Positions 13,301 to 25,092 of a stretch of DNA of 64,000 bases are shown here, one piece after another (position 1 is the stretch's first letter; every line of letters starts with the position of its first letter). The notes below the pieces were generated by a model, which was not told the DNA's origin, did not search any database, and worked only from the letters and a program-made list of their open reading frames with translations. Origin of the DNA: Fimicolochytrium jonesii (taxonomy: Eukaryota); contig NW_026515668.1 in NCBI RefSeq assembly GCF_025526975.1, positions 1,798,001 through 1,862,000 of the forward strand. Reading direction: 5' to 3'. Both the position numbers and the translations under genes were made by a program.

Positions 13301-14174
13301 GAATGATGGCCTTCGGATCTTTTGGAGGAGTGGTCGCCAGGGCTTGGGAATCTGACTTGGTCGGATTGGCGTAGGCAATGAATGCCTGGTCATGCCTTGC
13401 CGCCACACGGAAAGCTGGGGCGCTGATAAACGATACGTGGATCGGTGTGGGTGCTGGGTCCAGTGTGTTGGGTGTCTGGGCTAGGGAGACTGAAATCTCG
13501 TCTTGATGGATACGGATCAGAGGTTCAGGGGTTCTTGAGGGCTTCGGGCTAGGTTCTGTTGGCAGGGCATCCCAGGAGGCGTATTGTCCAAAACCGCAAT
13601 GGCAGCGGACGCAAAGAGTGCGAGTCTTCCAATGTAGCTCCACATCATGGAGCTCAAACCAGGGAAGCCCCAGGATGATTGGCGCATGCGGGGAACATGT
13701 CACATGGAATACCACCTCCTCAAAATGGTCGTTGACCCACATGCCCAAAGGTTGGGTGTGATGGGTAATGGAGCCCGCATGGCTGGGACGTCCGTCAACC
13801 AGTTCAAGCGCAATGGGGTCCTCCTTCTTGACAAGTGGGATGCGGTGCTTGCGGGCATAACTTTCGTCGATGAAGCACGACATCGCACCGGTGTCGAGTA
13901 GTGCTGAAAGGCTGAACTGGAGCTCGCTGGGCCGATATCTGCAGGGTAACAGGGTACTCGAATGGTGAGGATGGGCCCAAAGTCCGCATGGGTGAGGGTA
14001 TCTCAGATAGGAGATTGACATTGTTGGTGGTCAGGAGAAGGGTGTTGCTGGAGATGCCAGGATCGGAGCAAGGTTTTGTGGCTTCTCCCTTGGCAGTACT
14101 TGCGTGGTGAGAAGGCCCAGGACAGGTGTTGCCCAGCTGCTCGGCCTTTACTGCAGCTGGACTTGGGCAAAATC
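10317..14174 (-). pseudogene. pol: pol of copy A (protease, RT, RNase H, integrase, chromodomain), frameshifted
   Basis: LLDTGA, YLDD, ESDASD, HHCC zinc finger, SDRGPQF...DGQTER and chromodomain EWIVEDILDSR...YLIKWQGW. Single-base insertions near 13910, 12936 and 12662 relative to copy B. Confidence 0.93.
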
Positions 14175-15075
14175 CTGGATGGGTGCAGGTTCCTTAACCG
14201 CGACATTCGCCGTGCGTATCTTGTTCGGGCAGAGTTTGGCTATGTGGCCGGGTTTACCACAGTAGAGACAAAGTTTGTTTGTGATGCGGTGTTGGCGCTC
14301 TAGCGGTGTGAGGGGTCCTTGCGGACGAGCAGCGTCAATGATCATAGGGTCGTCTGGGCGGTTGTCGGGGCTCATGAGGGTGGGGCTAGTGGTAACTGGC
14401 ACATATGGCTGTCGGTTCCTGCTTCGCTCTAGACGGCGCTCAAACAATCGGTTGTCACATTGGATGGCCTGTTCCATCACGGTGTCGATTGAGGCGGTAG
14501 GGGGCATCGTGAGCATTAAGTCCTTGACGTCTTCTTTGAGGCCGCGACGGAAGGTGGCAATCAATGCCTGGTCATTCCACGACACATCGCATTGCAGCTG
14601 TCGGAATTCAGCTACATACTCTGTTGCTGCACGGGTTTGTCGAAGGTTCTGGAGCTTGTTTTCGGACGTGCGGATCCTGTCGCTGTCTCCAAAGACTGCT
14701 TGCATTTGCTGGATGAAATCATCCAGGTTCGTAAGGGAATGATGGTCTTGTTCGACAAGGGGCGCCAGCCAGGCCTGGGCGGTGCCAGTGAGGTAGGTGC
14801 CAATAGTTCGTATCTTGGTCTGATCGTTGGGGTAGCGCCTGGGTTGGAGGGCGAACATGAGCCGGATCTGGTTGAGGAACCCACGGAACTTGCTTCGGGT
14901 GCCATCAAATTTGTCTGGGAGACTGATTTTGGGTTCGGGGCCGTGGGTGGCAGGGGCAGTGGTCTGGGTTTGCGCTAGTTCGGCTTGTAGGGCTGGTATT
15001 CTGTGCTCGAAGTTCGTCAATCGCATTGCACATGGCTTGCCAGGCTTCGGCCGTGAGGGGAAGGGCGTCGGACAT
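14148..15075 (-). pseudogene. gag: gag of copy A with CCHC knuckle; one +1 frameshift near 14993
   Basis: PDKFDG...FLNQ capsid-like N-terminus and CLYCGKPGHIAKLC. Matches the intact gag at 43567-44493. Confidence 0.92.
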
Positions 15076-15126
15076 GGTGATTTGGCGTGGAGGTACAGCG
15101 GCTGGGGGTTCTTGAGCAGATCAAAC

Positions 15127-15656
15127 TGTTATGAATGGGCGGAGCCGATGGAAATAGAGGCGACTTGTGGTGCAGGTTGTTGACAGGTAATGGTATTCAG
15201 ACCGAAACAAGAACTAGAACAAGACTAGGAAGAACTGGTGTTGATCTGCTGGGGGATCAGGAAGTGGGGAGCTCAGGGGAGGCGGCTATTTATGTTTTTC
15301 TGGGAAGGCTGGGGAAGCGTGGGGAAGCAGAAGGGTACGGAATGAGAGGGAAGCCAAGAGAAGCGCCAAGGGTGGGGAACCATAGAAACAGAAGACTGGG
15401 GATGGGGTGGCTACGCTGAGGCTGTGGGCGGGTACGTGGGGAAGTATGGAGAAGGGTTTGTGAGCGCCGAGTGTTGGGAGGTGTGGCTACGTGCGGCTGC
15501 GTGGAGAAATGAAGGCAGTGGCAGGTGTGGGGTAGCGCGGCTGCGTGCGGCTGCGAGGTTTGGCAGATGTCAGGTTTTGACAGGGAATTGACATTGACTG
15601 ACTGTTGGGATGCTGTCATGAGGTAAGCGCATGGTATGGACGCGTCGTCCATAACA
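15127..15656 (-). repeat. 5' LTR of copy A, shared as the 3' LTR of a tandem second copy
   Basis: Preceded by the PBS region and followed immediately by the PPT and chromodomain sequence of another copy. Confidence 0.95.
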
Positions 15657-16066
15657 TCACCCCCTCCTTTAGCCACGGCGTCCGGATGTTGTTTTGATGT
15701 TGGCAGGCTTTGGTCGGGGTTTGTCGGGGTACTTTTGGTGGAACTGGGCAACAAGCTCTTGACAGCGGGCAAGGTGTTCCACTGGCTCCCATGTGTTCTG
15801 CGAGCTTGGCCAACCCTGCCACTTGATGAGGTACTGAAGGTGCGTGCGTCGAATACGGGAGTCAAGAATGTCTTCCACAATCCATTCCTCCTGTCCTTCG
15901 ACTTCTTCTGGTGGGGTGGGTTCTGGCTCAGTTCGCTCCGGAATGGTGAAACGTGGTTCAAGAAGGGAGACATGGAAGACGTTGTGAATTTTGTAGGATG
16001 GGGGAAGCTTGAGGCGATATGTGACCGAGTTGATCTTCTCCGTGATTGTGAAGGGGCCAATCTTAC
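15657..16066 (-). mobile_element. 3' fragment (PPT + integrase C-terminus/chromodomain) of a tandem third copy
   Basis: Near-identical to 10305-10714; cut at 16066 by an inverted LTR. Confidence 0.93.
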
Positions 16067-16597
16067 TGTTATGGACGACGCGTCCATACCATGCGCTTAC
16101 CTCATGACAGCATCCCAACAGTCAGTCAATGTCAATTCCCTGTCAAAACCTGACATCTGCCAAACCTCGCAGCCGCACGCAGCCGCGCTACCCCACACCT
16201 GCCACTGCCTTCATTTCTCCACGCAGCCGCACGTAGCCACACCTCCCAACACTCGGCGCTTACAAACCCTTCTCCATACTTCCCCACGTACCCGCCCACA
16301 GCCTCAGCGTAGCCACCCCATCCCCAGTCTTCTGTTTCTATGCTTCCCCCACCCTTGGCGCTTCTCTTGGCTTCCCTCTCATTCCGTACCCTTCTGCTTC
16401 CCCACGCTTCCCCAGCCTTCCCAGAAAAGCATAAATAGCCGCCTCCCCTGAGCTCCCCACTTCCTGATCCCCCAGCAGATCAACACCAGTTCTTCCTAGT
16501 CTTGTTCTAGTTCTTGTTTCGGTCTGAATACCATTACCTGTCAACAACCTGCACCACAAGTCGCCTCTATTTCCATCGGCTCCGCCCATTCATAACA
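16067..16597 (+). repeat. Solo LTR of the same family in inverted orientation, flanks not duplicated
   Basis: TGTTATGGAC...TTCATAACA. Left flank CTTAC and right flank ATCAG do not form a TSD. It truncates the viral fibre gene. Confidence 0.95.
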
Positions 16598-19500
16598 ATC
16601 AGTGGTCCAAGTAGAACCAGGTATATTCGAAAACGTTGCAATGGTTACCATAGCGGACTCGGTAGTTCCGGCAATAACGGAGAACGTAGTAGGCATCGCC
16701 ACGGCGTCCATCAGGTAGGCGGTGAGTTTGATTGAACTCATAGCAATGGCCGACGGGAGTCTCAATAAAGAGTAATGAAGATTTTGCGTTGTTCCATCTA
16801 AACCTAAATTGGCTGTCGAAGTGCTTGCGGTTGCCCACCGCAGTCTGGAAGCGATGGAGGCGTTCATGTAAGCGTCGAATGGATGACCTGTATACGAATC
16901 GACTCCGTTCGAATTTGGGTATGTATACTCAGATGACGCGGTAACTGTATACCCGTTCCATGAAGAACCTGTTGCTGGCGTTGTGGGGTAAGGGAACAAA
17001 GTAGTTTTCGATGTTAAGGCAGGACTGTTCAAATCACTGGTCACATGGAGATTTGACCCAACATATAAAGATTTCGCTACAGATGCGCCTCCATTCACTT
17101 GAAGAGCGCCTGATGCGTTAGAAGTGGCATCAGTAGTGGTCAAGATCGATACAGTACCACTGTTGTTCAGATTTCCCCCAACATATAAAGATTTCGCTAC
17201 AGAAATCCCTCCAGAAACTTGGAAAGAACCGGTTCCTACTCCTGTAGAATCCGTTGTGGTAAAGACCGCGACGTTACCACTGCTGGTGGAGACTTTAGAC
17301 CAAGTGGTATTTTCGGCCGAATTCCACACGGAAAAATCTCCTACAGTTCTCAAGTCGTCCCATACTCTGATATAAGGATTGGAAGACTGATTTGGGTCTA
17401 TGGAGAGAGGACCTTGTGAACCTGTAGCAGAAATTGTTGCTAAACTCCCGGTGAAAGTCATGTTTCCTGTAACTGTCAAACTGCCGATAGAACCATTAGG
17501 AATAATAACCTTTCCCGTACCATCAATTGTAAGACCTTGTGGTGCATTCCATAATCCCAAACCCAACGTATTGGTTGCAAGACCCGCTCCAACATAGTTG
17601 AAATATACCCTGGCCATGTTATTTGTAGCCGCTCCTACTCCAATTTGAAGTGTTGAGAAACTCCCCGCTGCCAAGTTCGGTGTCCCAAGATGGCTGCTAA
17701 CAATAGGTCCGGTTGAGGCGATATTGGAGTATATGGTGCCGTTAACAGTCAAGTCTTTACCAAAATTGACATTCCCTGCAATACCCGCTCCACCTCTCAC
17801 CTGAAGGGAACCTGATGTTGTCGTAGTAGAATCTATAGTGGAAAGAATCTGTACAGATGGCAGATTAGAGTTGATTATGAAATTGGCATTCGAACCGGAA
17901 TAGAGAAAAAAGTTCCCAGCATTTGGAGCGGTCGTATTGACTCCTGCGTAACCAAAAGCCCCCACTACCGTTCCTGTGTTGTTAAGGAAACCGATAGTAG
18001 AAAACCCAGATGCCGAAAGACTCTGAAGTTTCAAAATATCAACAGAAGTTGAGTTTACTTGCAGTGTATGACTTCCCGTGGCGGCTGAACCAGCAAATAG
18101 AGATTTTCCCACACCTAGACCTCCAGCAACTGTTAGAGCGCCAGTTGTTGTAGAAGAGGAGTCCGTTGTTGTATTGATTAGAACATTTCCATTTGTCAAT
18201 ATATCAAGGTTTGATACGCCGGGTGAGATAGCGAATCGTAAGTTTGTCGGTGAATTATTGTACTGTGCCCGAATTACCATATCGCCAATAGCCGAATTTG
18301 AGGAAAAATACCCTGCTGCTGAAACGTTGCCCGTTATGCTGCTTCCAAATGTGGGTGTTGATACCGAACCGTTGTACCAGAAGATACTTTGATTTGACCC
18401 GACAAAACTCCCATCACTTCCTACCGTCAATTTCTTGGCGATACCAACACCTCCGGCGACCTGTAAAGCGCCAGCATTTGTAGCGTTGGAGTCGGATACC
18501 GAATTGATAGTTAGTGCATTCGTTGTCACATTCACCCATAACGCAAGATTTGCGGCAGTATTGTTGTATAAGCCGAAATTATTAGTTCCAAGGCCACTAA
18601 TTCGACCTATATGCCACAAAGTCCAACCTCCACCGTTTGAGTTTATAAGACCTACAGAAGGTCCATTTCCGGCTGTAGATTCTTTTATGATTCCATATCC
18701 ACCGACGTATAATGATTTAGCAACTCCAACGCCGCCTGCAACTTGGAGAGCACCAGCATTTATAACGTTGGAGTCAAGAGTAGAAGTAACTACAGTCGAT
18801 GCAGCGTTATTTATATTCAAAGTCTGTCCTGTTGTGGTATTCAGGTTCGCTGTTGTTCCTCCTAGGAATACGGTGCCGCCAACCACCACACTTTTCCCCA
18901 CACCAACTCCTCAAACAACTTGGAGCGCACCTGATGTGGTCGAGGTAGAATCAGTCGTTCCGGCAATTTGAACATTGGATAAGTTCGCATTTCCACCAAC
19001 ATTCAAAGATGATAGAGTTCCAACGCTTGTAATTTGAGGCTGAGCAGGATTTACGCTGAACGCATTTCCACTACGTGTCAATCCTGTTCCAGCACTAAGA
19101 AGCGTATCAACATATGTCTTGTTTGTAAGATGAGTTGCTAAGGTCGGTGCTGTTGAGACGACAGCGTTTCCTGACACCGTGACATCTCCAGCAAAGATCG
19201 CATTTCCATTAACGTTCAATGATGATAAAGTTCCAACCGATGTTATCTGAGGTTGAGCCACATTGACAGAGAAATTGTTTCCTGTACGTGTTAAACCGGT
19301 TCCTGCACTTAGAAGCGTATCAACATAAGTCTTATTTGTAAGATGTGTCCCCAATGTCGGGACAGTTGATACAACTACATTTCCTGACACCGTGACATCT
19401 CCAGCAAAGTTCGCATTTCCATTAACGCTCAATGATGATAGGGTCCCAAGAGATGTTATCTGAGGTTGAGCCACATTGACAGAGAAATTGTTTCCTGTTT

Positions 19501-22500
19501 TTGTCAATCCCGTTCCAGCAGTTGAGACTAAACCATCGACGTATGACTTTTGGGCAACCGTTTGATCAATATTACTATATGGAAGGACGCTGGTTCCCAC
19601 GTCGGTAGAGAGGTCTACTACACTTTTGACCGCTAATGACCCGAGCCCTAATGCTGTCCTAGATGCTGATGGAGTCGTTGAGACAAAATTACTTCCATCT
19701 CCTACAAGGAAATTGTTGAGAGTGGCGGTGCTCGAAGAAATAGCAGTCAATTTTCCATTTAGTGGTTGCGCTCCCGTTTGCATTGTAGAAATCAATCCAT
19801 CCACATATGATTTTGTTGCGGGATTTGCTGCAATTGTAGGTGTAGGAACAGTGACTGCACCTGTAAATGTGCTAGAACCAGAAACGGAAAGGCCCGTTAA
19901 AGTACCGATACTTGTAATTTGTGTTTGTACAGGATTGACACTTAAAGTCTGAGCAGTTTTAGTTAAACCCGTTCCTGCAATAACAATGTTAGGATCGATA
20001 CTGGCAACGGAAAGGACCCCACTCACATCTGAACTTGCAAGATTTATAACGGATTTAGCCGCCAAACTGCCAAGTGTAGGCTTGTTTGTAAGTAAAGCCG
20101 AAGCATAGTCAATGCTGTTGAGTGCTGCAAGTGAACCAAGCGTAGGTTTTCCTGTTATGTATGTACTTGTGTAATCAATGCTATTTAGCGCGGAGAGACT
20201 GCCCAAATTCGGTTTGTTCACCAACGCCGAACTAGTGTAGTCTAACGTATCGAGCAAACTCAGATTTTTTAATGAGAGATTCGCACGAACGTCTGCAGGA
20301 CTGTACTGAATGAAGTTCCCACCCGATGCGATGAGCATAAAAGTATTTGTCGGTGCAATGTTCCCAAAATTTGTAAGACGAGCATTAAGTGGTTGATACG
20401 TTGTGGCTGCATTTGCTGTTGTAAGATAATTTGTCAAGGTAGGACTGCTTATGGAGCCGGCGGTCAAAGCGCCTGTTACGTTAAGAGATGTGAGTGTTCC
20501 AAGAGTAGTGATATTTGAGGTATTGACGGAAACAGTGTTAGATGTATCTCTGGAAATAATAGGTCCAGCAAATGTTAATTTCTTCTCGTAGATGGTGAGA
20601 TCTGGAGCACCCGTTATTCTCGCATACGGAATGGTATCCGTTTTTGCAACTTTACCATCGATAGCAGTCTGAAGAAGATTTGTATTCTGACTGATCAAAT
20701 TTGAATACGTTGGCTGTATTATTGTAGAGTCGTATTGACGTAGCATATCCAAGTTGATTGCCTGCTGTGGTACCTCTCCTGCAATACCCAGATATGAACA
20801 TGGAGGTGGGGTGTCAAAAAGTAATCTCGTAACATCACAGGATGTATCATCCGTTTTTGGGAGAGTTGCAATGATAACTTGTGAACCGTTTGGATCTGGA
20901 ACGGGGTTTCCCTTTGAATCCACTACATTGTTGCCATTTGCGTCTTTCTGGTTCTTTCTTTCTCGACCACTCGCAGCGATGAAACCACCAAGGATTCCGG
21001 CTGCTGCAGCAGGTCCTCCGAGAAGTCCCCCAACGCTTCCGATAGCAGATGTGGCAAATGGAGTGCCAGCCGCAGGCCCAATGAGGCCAATTGCGCCTCC
21101 AAGGATGGTAGAAAGGGGACCAGTGACGGAGACTACGGGGTTTCCGGAAGCAGTTAAAGGATCAGATTCGCCACTGGGCACTGAGGTTTCGTCTTTCTCT
21201 TCCGGATCATCATCTTCTTTCCGGTTCTTGTAGGGCTGAATTTGATGAGATATTGAACCCGGTTTCCTCGGAGCCAACTACCAAAATGCCACTTCCGCCC
21301 GTTATGACTAAAGGCTGTTTTGCGATGTTATACTCCTTATCCGCTCCCGTGACGATGATAGGCAACGTTCCAGTTAGTACATTTGGCGTTTCTGGTTCTG
21401 GTTGGTATGTACATGATATTGTCGATCCACTTATACTGATATTGTTTCCAGCCGTATAGGCGCCGGAAATATTATTCCCTGTAACGGTCACCCCATTTGA
21501 TCCAGTATAGGCACCTCTTATTGAGTTGCCTGTCACCGTAACAGTCGAATCACCAGCCTGTAAATCCAACTGCAAATCATTTTCTATGCGTTTGACTCCA
21601 TTACTTGCTGTGAGTTTCTCACCGAACGTGTTGTTACCATCGAATGTGATTGCACCTGAGACAGATGGAGCGAGTTTCACTTGATTCGAATTCTCTAATT
21701 TCATTCCGCCATTTCCAGGTTGAAAAGTCAGTCCTATCGCAATCTTATCGTTTACAATGCGAACACCTTTATTGTCGACGATAGCCGACGGATTTACCAA
21801 AAGATTTTGTGAAGAGTCAATTGCTAAACTTGCATCTGTTCTAACATCGATAGTACGCCGTCCATTGGACACTCCGGATATGTCTATACCTGACCCTGCT
21901 TGATACAGTTGCTCCACGTATGCAGTACTTGGCACTTGATTATTGTCCGGATTGAAGTCGGTATTGACGTATATATGCGGAACATGTAATTCATTGAGTG
22001 TTTCATTATACGTAAAACCACTGTCTCCATTCAACCCCGATAATGCAGAATAGAATGGTACTTGCCTCATACCCTTCGAACGGATCGCTAGTTTTCCTCC
22101 TGTTTGCTGGAAATCATCAGTCGTCTTCAAACGCACAACAGTTGTATCAACATCCGTATCATCTCCTAGAAAATCCGCAAGGGAATCAAACCCTTCTTGT
22201 AGGACATCTTCGAGCAAGATACTGGAACCTTTATCATTCAAGATTGCCCCTCGTCCAACAATCACTGTATCAATATCCGTCTCCAGTTTCCCTTCATCGT
22301 TTACTTTCAACCCTTTCCCATAATTGAGGTGGATAACCTTGTCCTGATCTTTCGAGAGCGGTTCTGCTACCTCCAAAGATTGATCAACGATCGCCTGAAT
22401 GTTCTCTGGAACAACAGACAACTGACCGTTTTCAACTGTCAATGTGGAGTCAATATCCAAAGAGATTCCTTGTACGTTACGCGTCATCGGGGCTGTCAAA

Positions 22501-23012
22501 GGCTCTTTGACAACTTTCAATTTACCATTATTGACCTCTAATGAATCATCAAAATTCAATTTAAGTCCATCGTCTCTTGACAGGGGTTCTTGAAGATTTT
22601 CCAGTTCAGGCGGGGGAAAATTTACAGTCAAACCTTCATTGCTCATTGAAAGAGTCTGATCATGAAACAAAGTCAATCCGTCCTGACTTACTCCAAGAGG
22701 CAGGTTTGTCAAAAGGGAAACAGTTCGGCTTCCGTCATCCCTTTGGAGGGGAAATTCCATATTGTCATGGACTAATTCAATTGAAGCCACTCCTTCGGTT
22801 TTGTGAATAATCGCGTCTTTGCTATCGACAAGGTCGTTGATTTTTAATTCGCCGTTTTCATTAGATATCTTTTGAAAGCCTGGTGAATGAAAATTATCAA
22901 TTGATACGTTCTCTCCATTAGCACGAAGACTATTGGTCACTAAAGGAGAAACGAGATTTGTTCGTTCAAGCACTCTGATTCCGCTTGAGGTTCGGGAATT
23001 TAGACTGCTCAT
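16598..23012 (-). pseudogene. Giant virion fibre/spike protein (>2100 aa); +1 frameshift near 21220, TGA at 18911-18913, C-terminus truncated by the solo LTR
   Basis: Three ORFs (21210-23012, 18911-21277, 16541-18901) read as one protein. It has beta-spiral-like repeats (PLSRDDGLKLNFDDSLEVNNGKL), 60-aa AGTGLT..NFSVN repeats, TTDS..GALQVxGGVGxxKSLYVG repeats and a discoidin-like tip (YTVTASSEY...RWAT). The TGA replaces a GGA within the repeat consensus. Confidence 0.75.
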
Positions 23013-23032
23013 TTACTAATTGCTAAAGAAAA

Positions 23033-23329
23033 TTATCCGATTGGAGTTTGCTGTAAATGTTCTAAGAATTGATCACCGCCTTTATGGAAATCTTCAACCC
23101 TCTTTATTCCTAGATCTGCAAACTGTTGCCCTTTTCGCGCAGTTTCTTTGATTTTATCGTGGAAGACGTCATTCTGTTGAATCCCTTTGTTTACATGGCT
23201 TGCTATCGCATATCCCTTTCGACTAACGGAAACCGCTTTGTCTAGAAAATTCCTCGCCTTTCCGATATTTTGTGGCAGTTCGTTGAAAAATGTGCGCACT
23301 TTTCCTCTCGCTTTTTGAAAGAATCCCAT
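23033..23329 (-). CDS. Small basic amphipathic protein (98 aa), candidate myristoylated membrane-active virion protein
   Basis: N-terminus MGFFQKARGKVRTFF with helical amphipathic pattern; carries the shared upstream motif. Function is inferred. Confidence 0.6.
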   Translation of the reverse strand: MGFFQKARGKVRTFFNELPQNIGKARNFLDKAVSVSRKGYAIASHVNKGIQQNDVFHDKIKETARKGQQFADLGIKRVEDFHKGGDQFLEHLQQTPIG

Positions 23330-23377
23330 TGAATATTCTTTTTCTTAACATGTACTAAAGAATATATATTCCATTCT

Positions 23378-24874
23378 ATGTTGGTTCTTGACGACAAGTT
23401 TGCTCGATTGCCAAACAATACTTTTCCCTCCCCTCCAGTGTTGAATATCCATTCAAATCAGTTCGGTTACATACAGGGAAAGCCGGAAGAGACCTTTGAC
23501 CGTTTATTCAAAACTCCCTTCTTCGTTCCAGGCAAAGGGAAAATATCGGATGCATTCTCTATAAAAAAGACTGTAGATCAACCACTCAAACTCCGTGAAG
23601 GAGAGTACCAGTCTCAGATTGCAAAACAGGCTGTGGAAGCGCTCCATGCTATCGATAAGGAACGTGCAAGACAAGCATACTTTGATGAATTGGATAAAGA
23701 CAATCTTTTCCCTCGACAAGGTCGAACGGTTTCTTTGACGAAAACCACAGCGTCGAAAGGCAATACAATTTACCATCAGCCGAGTTACATTCGCGCTCAA
23801 CAGAATCAATTCATCGGAGATGCATCATCCAATGTGCAACGAACCGGTGATGATCACCTTCCGGAAAAAGCAAACATGAGTGAAGCAAATACGATACTTG
23901 GTAACAACAAGGTGGTAACAAAAATGAACGATCGTGAAACATTGACGGACGAAATTGGTAGAATCGGTTCTGCTGAAAAGATAAGCATGTCAAATAGCCG
24001 CACACAGACAGATATTCCTCTCCATCGGGTTCGAGATCTTAGAACAGTTGGAACGCAGAGTACAACACCGGATCTAGACAGCGATACGTTAGATCTTACA
24101 TTCTCGTCTGGAGGAAAATTTACACATTTTATGGATGGAGTAACTCACGCGAATCAAACCTTGCAAACACAACTCCGATCCCAAGAAGAGCAACTTGGAA
24201 GAATGACAACAGCCACAATGTCTACGTTCAAAAGAATGTTAGAATCGGTAGGTTTTAAAAATGTTCCTTCGACAATGACGCCGGACGAGATGGAACGACT
24301 TCTCAGCCAAGTGCAAAGCGTCACACCTATCGCATTAAGTGAAGTAGGAGCGATGCAAAGATTGATAGAAACTTTAAGAAAGGAAAAGATTACAGAAAGC
24401 AAAGATGTAGGGACACAATATTCTCTTGGAGATGTGCCGCGGGTTGCTAGACCACGCCCACCACCCATTATTACGAATTTCTCACCAACAATAAGTTATC
24501 CATCTGCCAGTTCAGCAGTCACTCAAAGCGACATTTTCCTGAATAGGAGTCCAAAATCTACCCTTTCAACTGGAACGGTAGGATCCCGTATGGATCTCTC
24601 CACACCAATTGAACAATTTGTTACCGCCGAACCGATTACTCAAGTTCTTTCCCCAAATGAGGATTCTGCAACACCAACACAGAGAGATATCTTCACCGAT
24701 TCCCCAGCAGTGAGGGCTTCAGAAAATACACCCATTGCGCCAATAAGGAAAAGAAAAGTACACGAGCAAGTTTACCTCCCGAGAGATTATCTTATGAACA
24801 CGGCTGGGAACAATCTTCAAAACGGGCACGAAAAGTATAAGATGAAAAGATCATCATTGTATAGAGGATTATAA
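23378..24874 (+). CDS. Viral hypothetical protein (498 aa), S/T/P-rich with basic C-terminus
   Basis: Long intact ORF inside the structural module. Confidence 0.75.
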   Translation: MLVLDDKFARLPNNTFPSPPVLNIHSNQFGYIQGKPEETFDRLFKTPFFVPGKGKISDAFSIKKTVDQPLKLREGEYQSQIAKQAVEALHAIDKERARQAYFDELDKDNLFPRQGRTVSLTKTTASKGNTIYHQPSYIRAQQNQFIGDASSNVQRTGDDHLPEKANMSEANTILGNNKVVTKMNDRETLTDEIGRIGSAEKISMSNSRTQTDIPLHRVRDLRTVGTQSTTPDLDSDTLDLTFSSGGKFTHFMDGVTHANQTLQTQLRSQEEQLGRMTTATMSTFKRMLESVGFKNVPSTMTPDEMERLLSQVQSVTPIALSEVGAMQRLIETLRKEKITESKDVGTQYSLGDVPRVARPRPPPIITNFSPTISYPSASSAVTQSDIFLNRSPKSTLSTGTVGSRMDLSTPIEQFVTAEPITQVLSPNEDSATPTQRDIFTDSPAVRASENTPIAPIRKRKVHEQVYLPRDYLMNTAGNNLQNGHEKYKMKRSSLYRGL

Positions 24875-24926
24875 TTGTAATATTTGAGAATCATAAAATT
24901 CTGAAATGTACAAAAGCGCATAAGTT

Positions 24927-25064
24927 TTAAACGATCGTCTTCCCGGCTCGTCGAGCAAGGATAAATGGAAGCAGTTGTGGAGGGATTACACCTTTTTTCG
25001 GTTTTCCCGATTTTGTTCTAGCAGGTATGCGAACTGGTTTCAAAACCTTTTGTTTTCTCGGCAT
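24927..25064 (-). CDS. 45-aa K/R/P-rich protein, candidate genome-condensing core protein (below the ORF-track cutoff)
   Basis: Hand translation MPRKQKVLKPVRIPARTKSGKPKKGVIPPQLLPFILARRAGKTIV*. It fills the gap directly downstream of the MCP gene. Confidence 0.55.
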   Translation of the reverse strand: MPRKQKVLKPVRIPARTKSGKPKKGVIPPQLLPFILARRAGKTIV

Positions 25065-25092
25065 TGGTTTCTACTATATGATTAGAAGATTT

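Larger units (their letters stand above)
9775..15656 (-). mobile_element. Ty3/gypsy chromovirus LTR retrotransposon, copy A (frameshifted)
   Basis: 530-bp LTRs at 9775-10304 and 15127-15656 with TGTTATG...CATAACA ends; PPT AAAGGAGGGGGTGA beside the 3' LTR; gag-PR-RT-RH-IN-chromo order. Nearly identical to 39198-45074 but with four single-base insertions. Confidence 0.97.

Noticed and set aside
16541..16597. C-terminal CYEWAEPMEIEATCGAGC of the 786-aa ORF
   Set aside because: This is read-through into the solo LTR, not part of the fibre.
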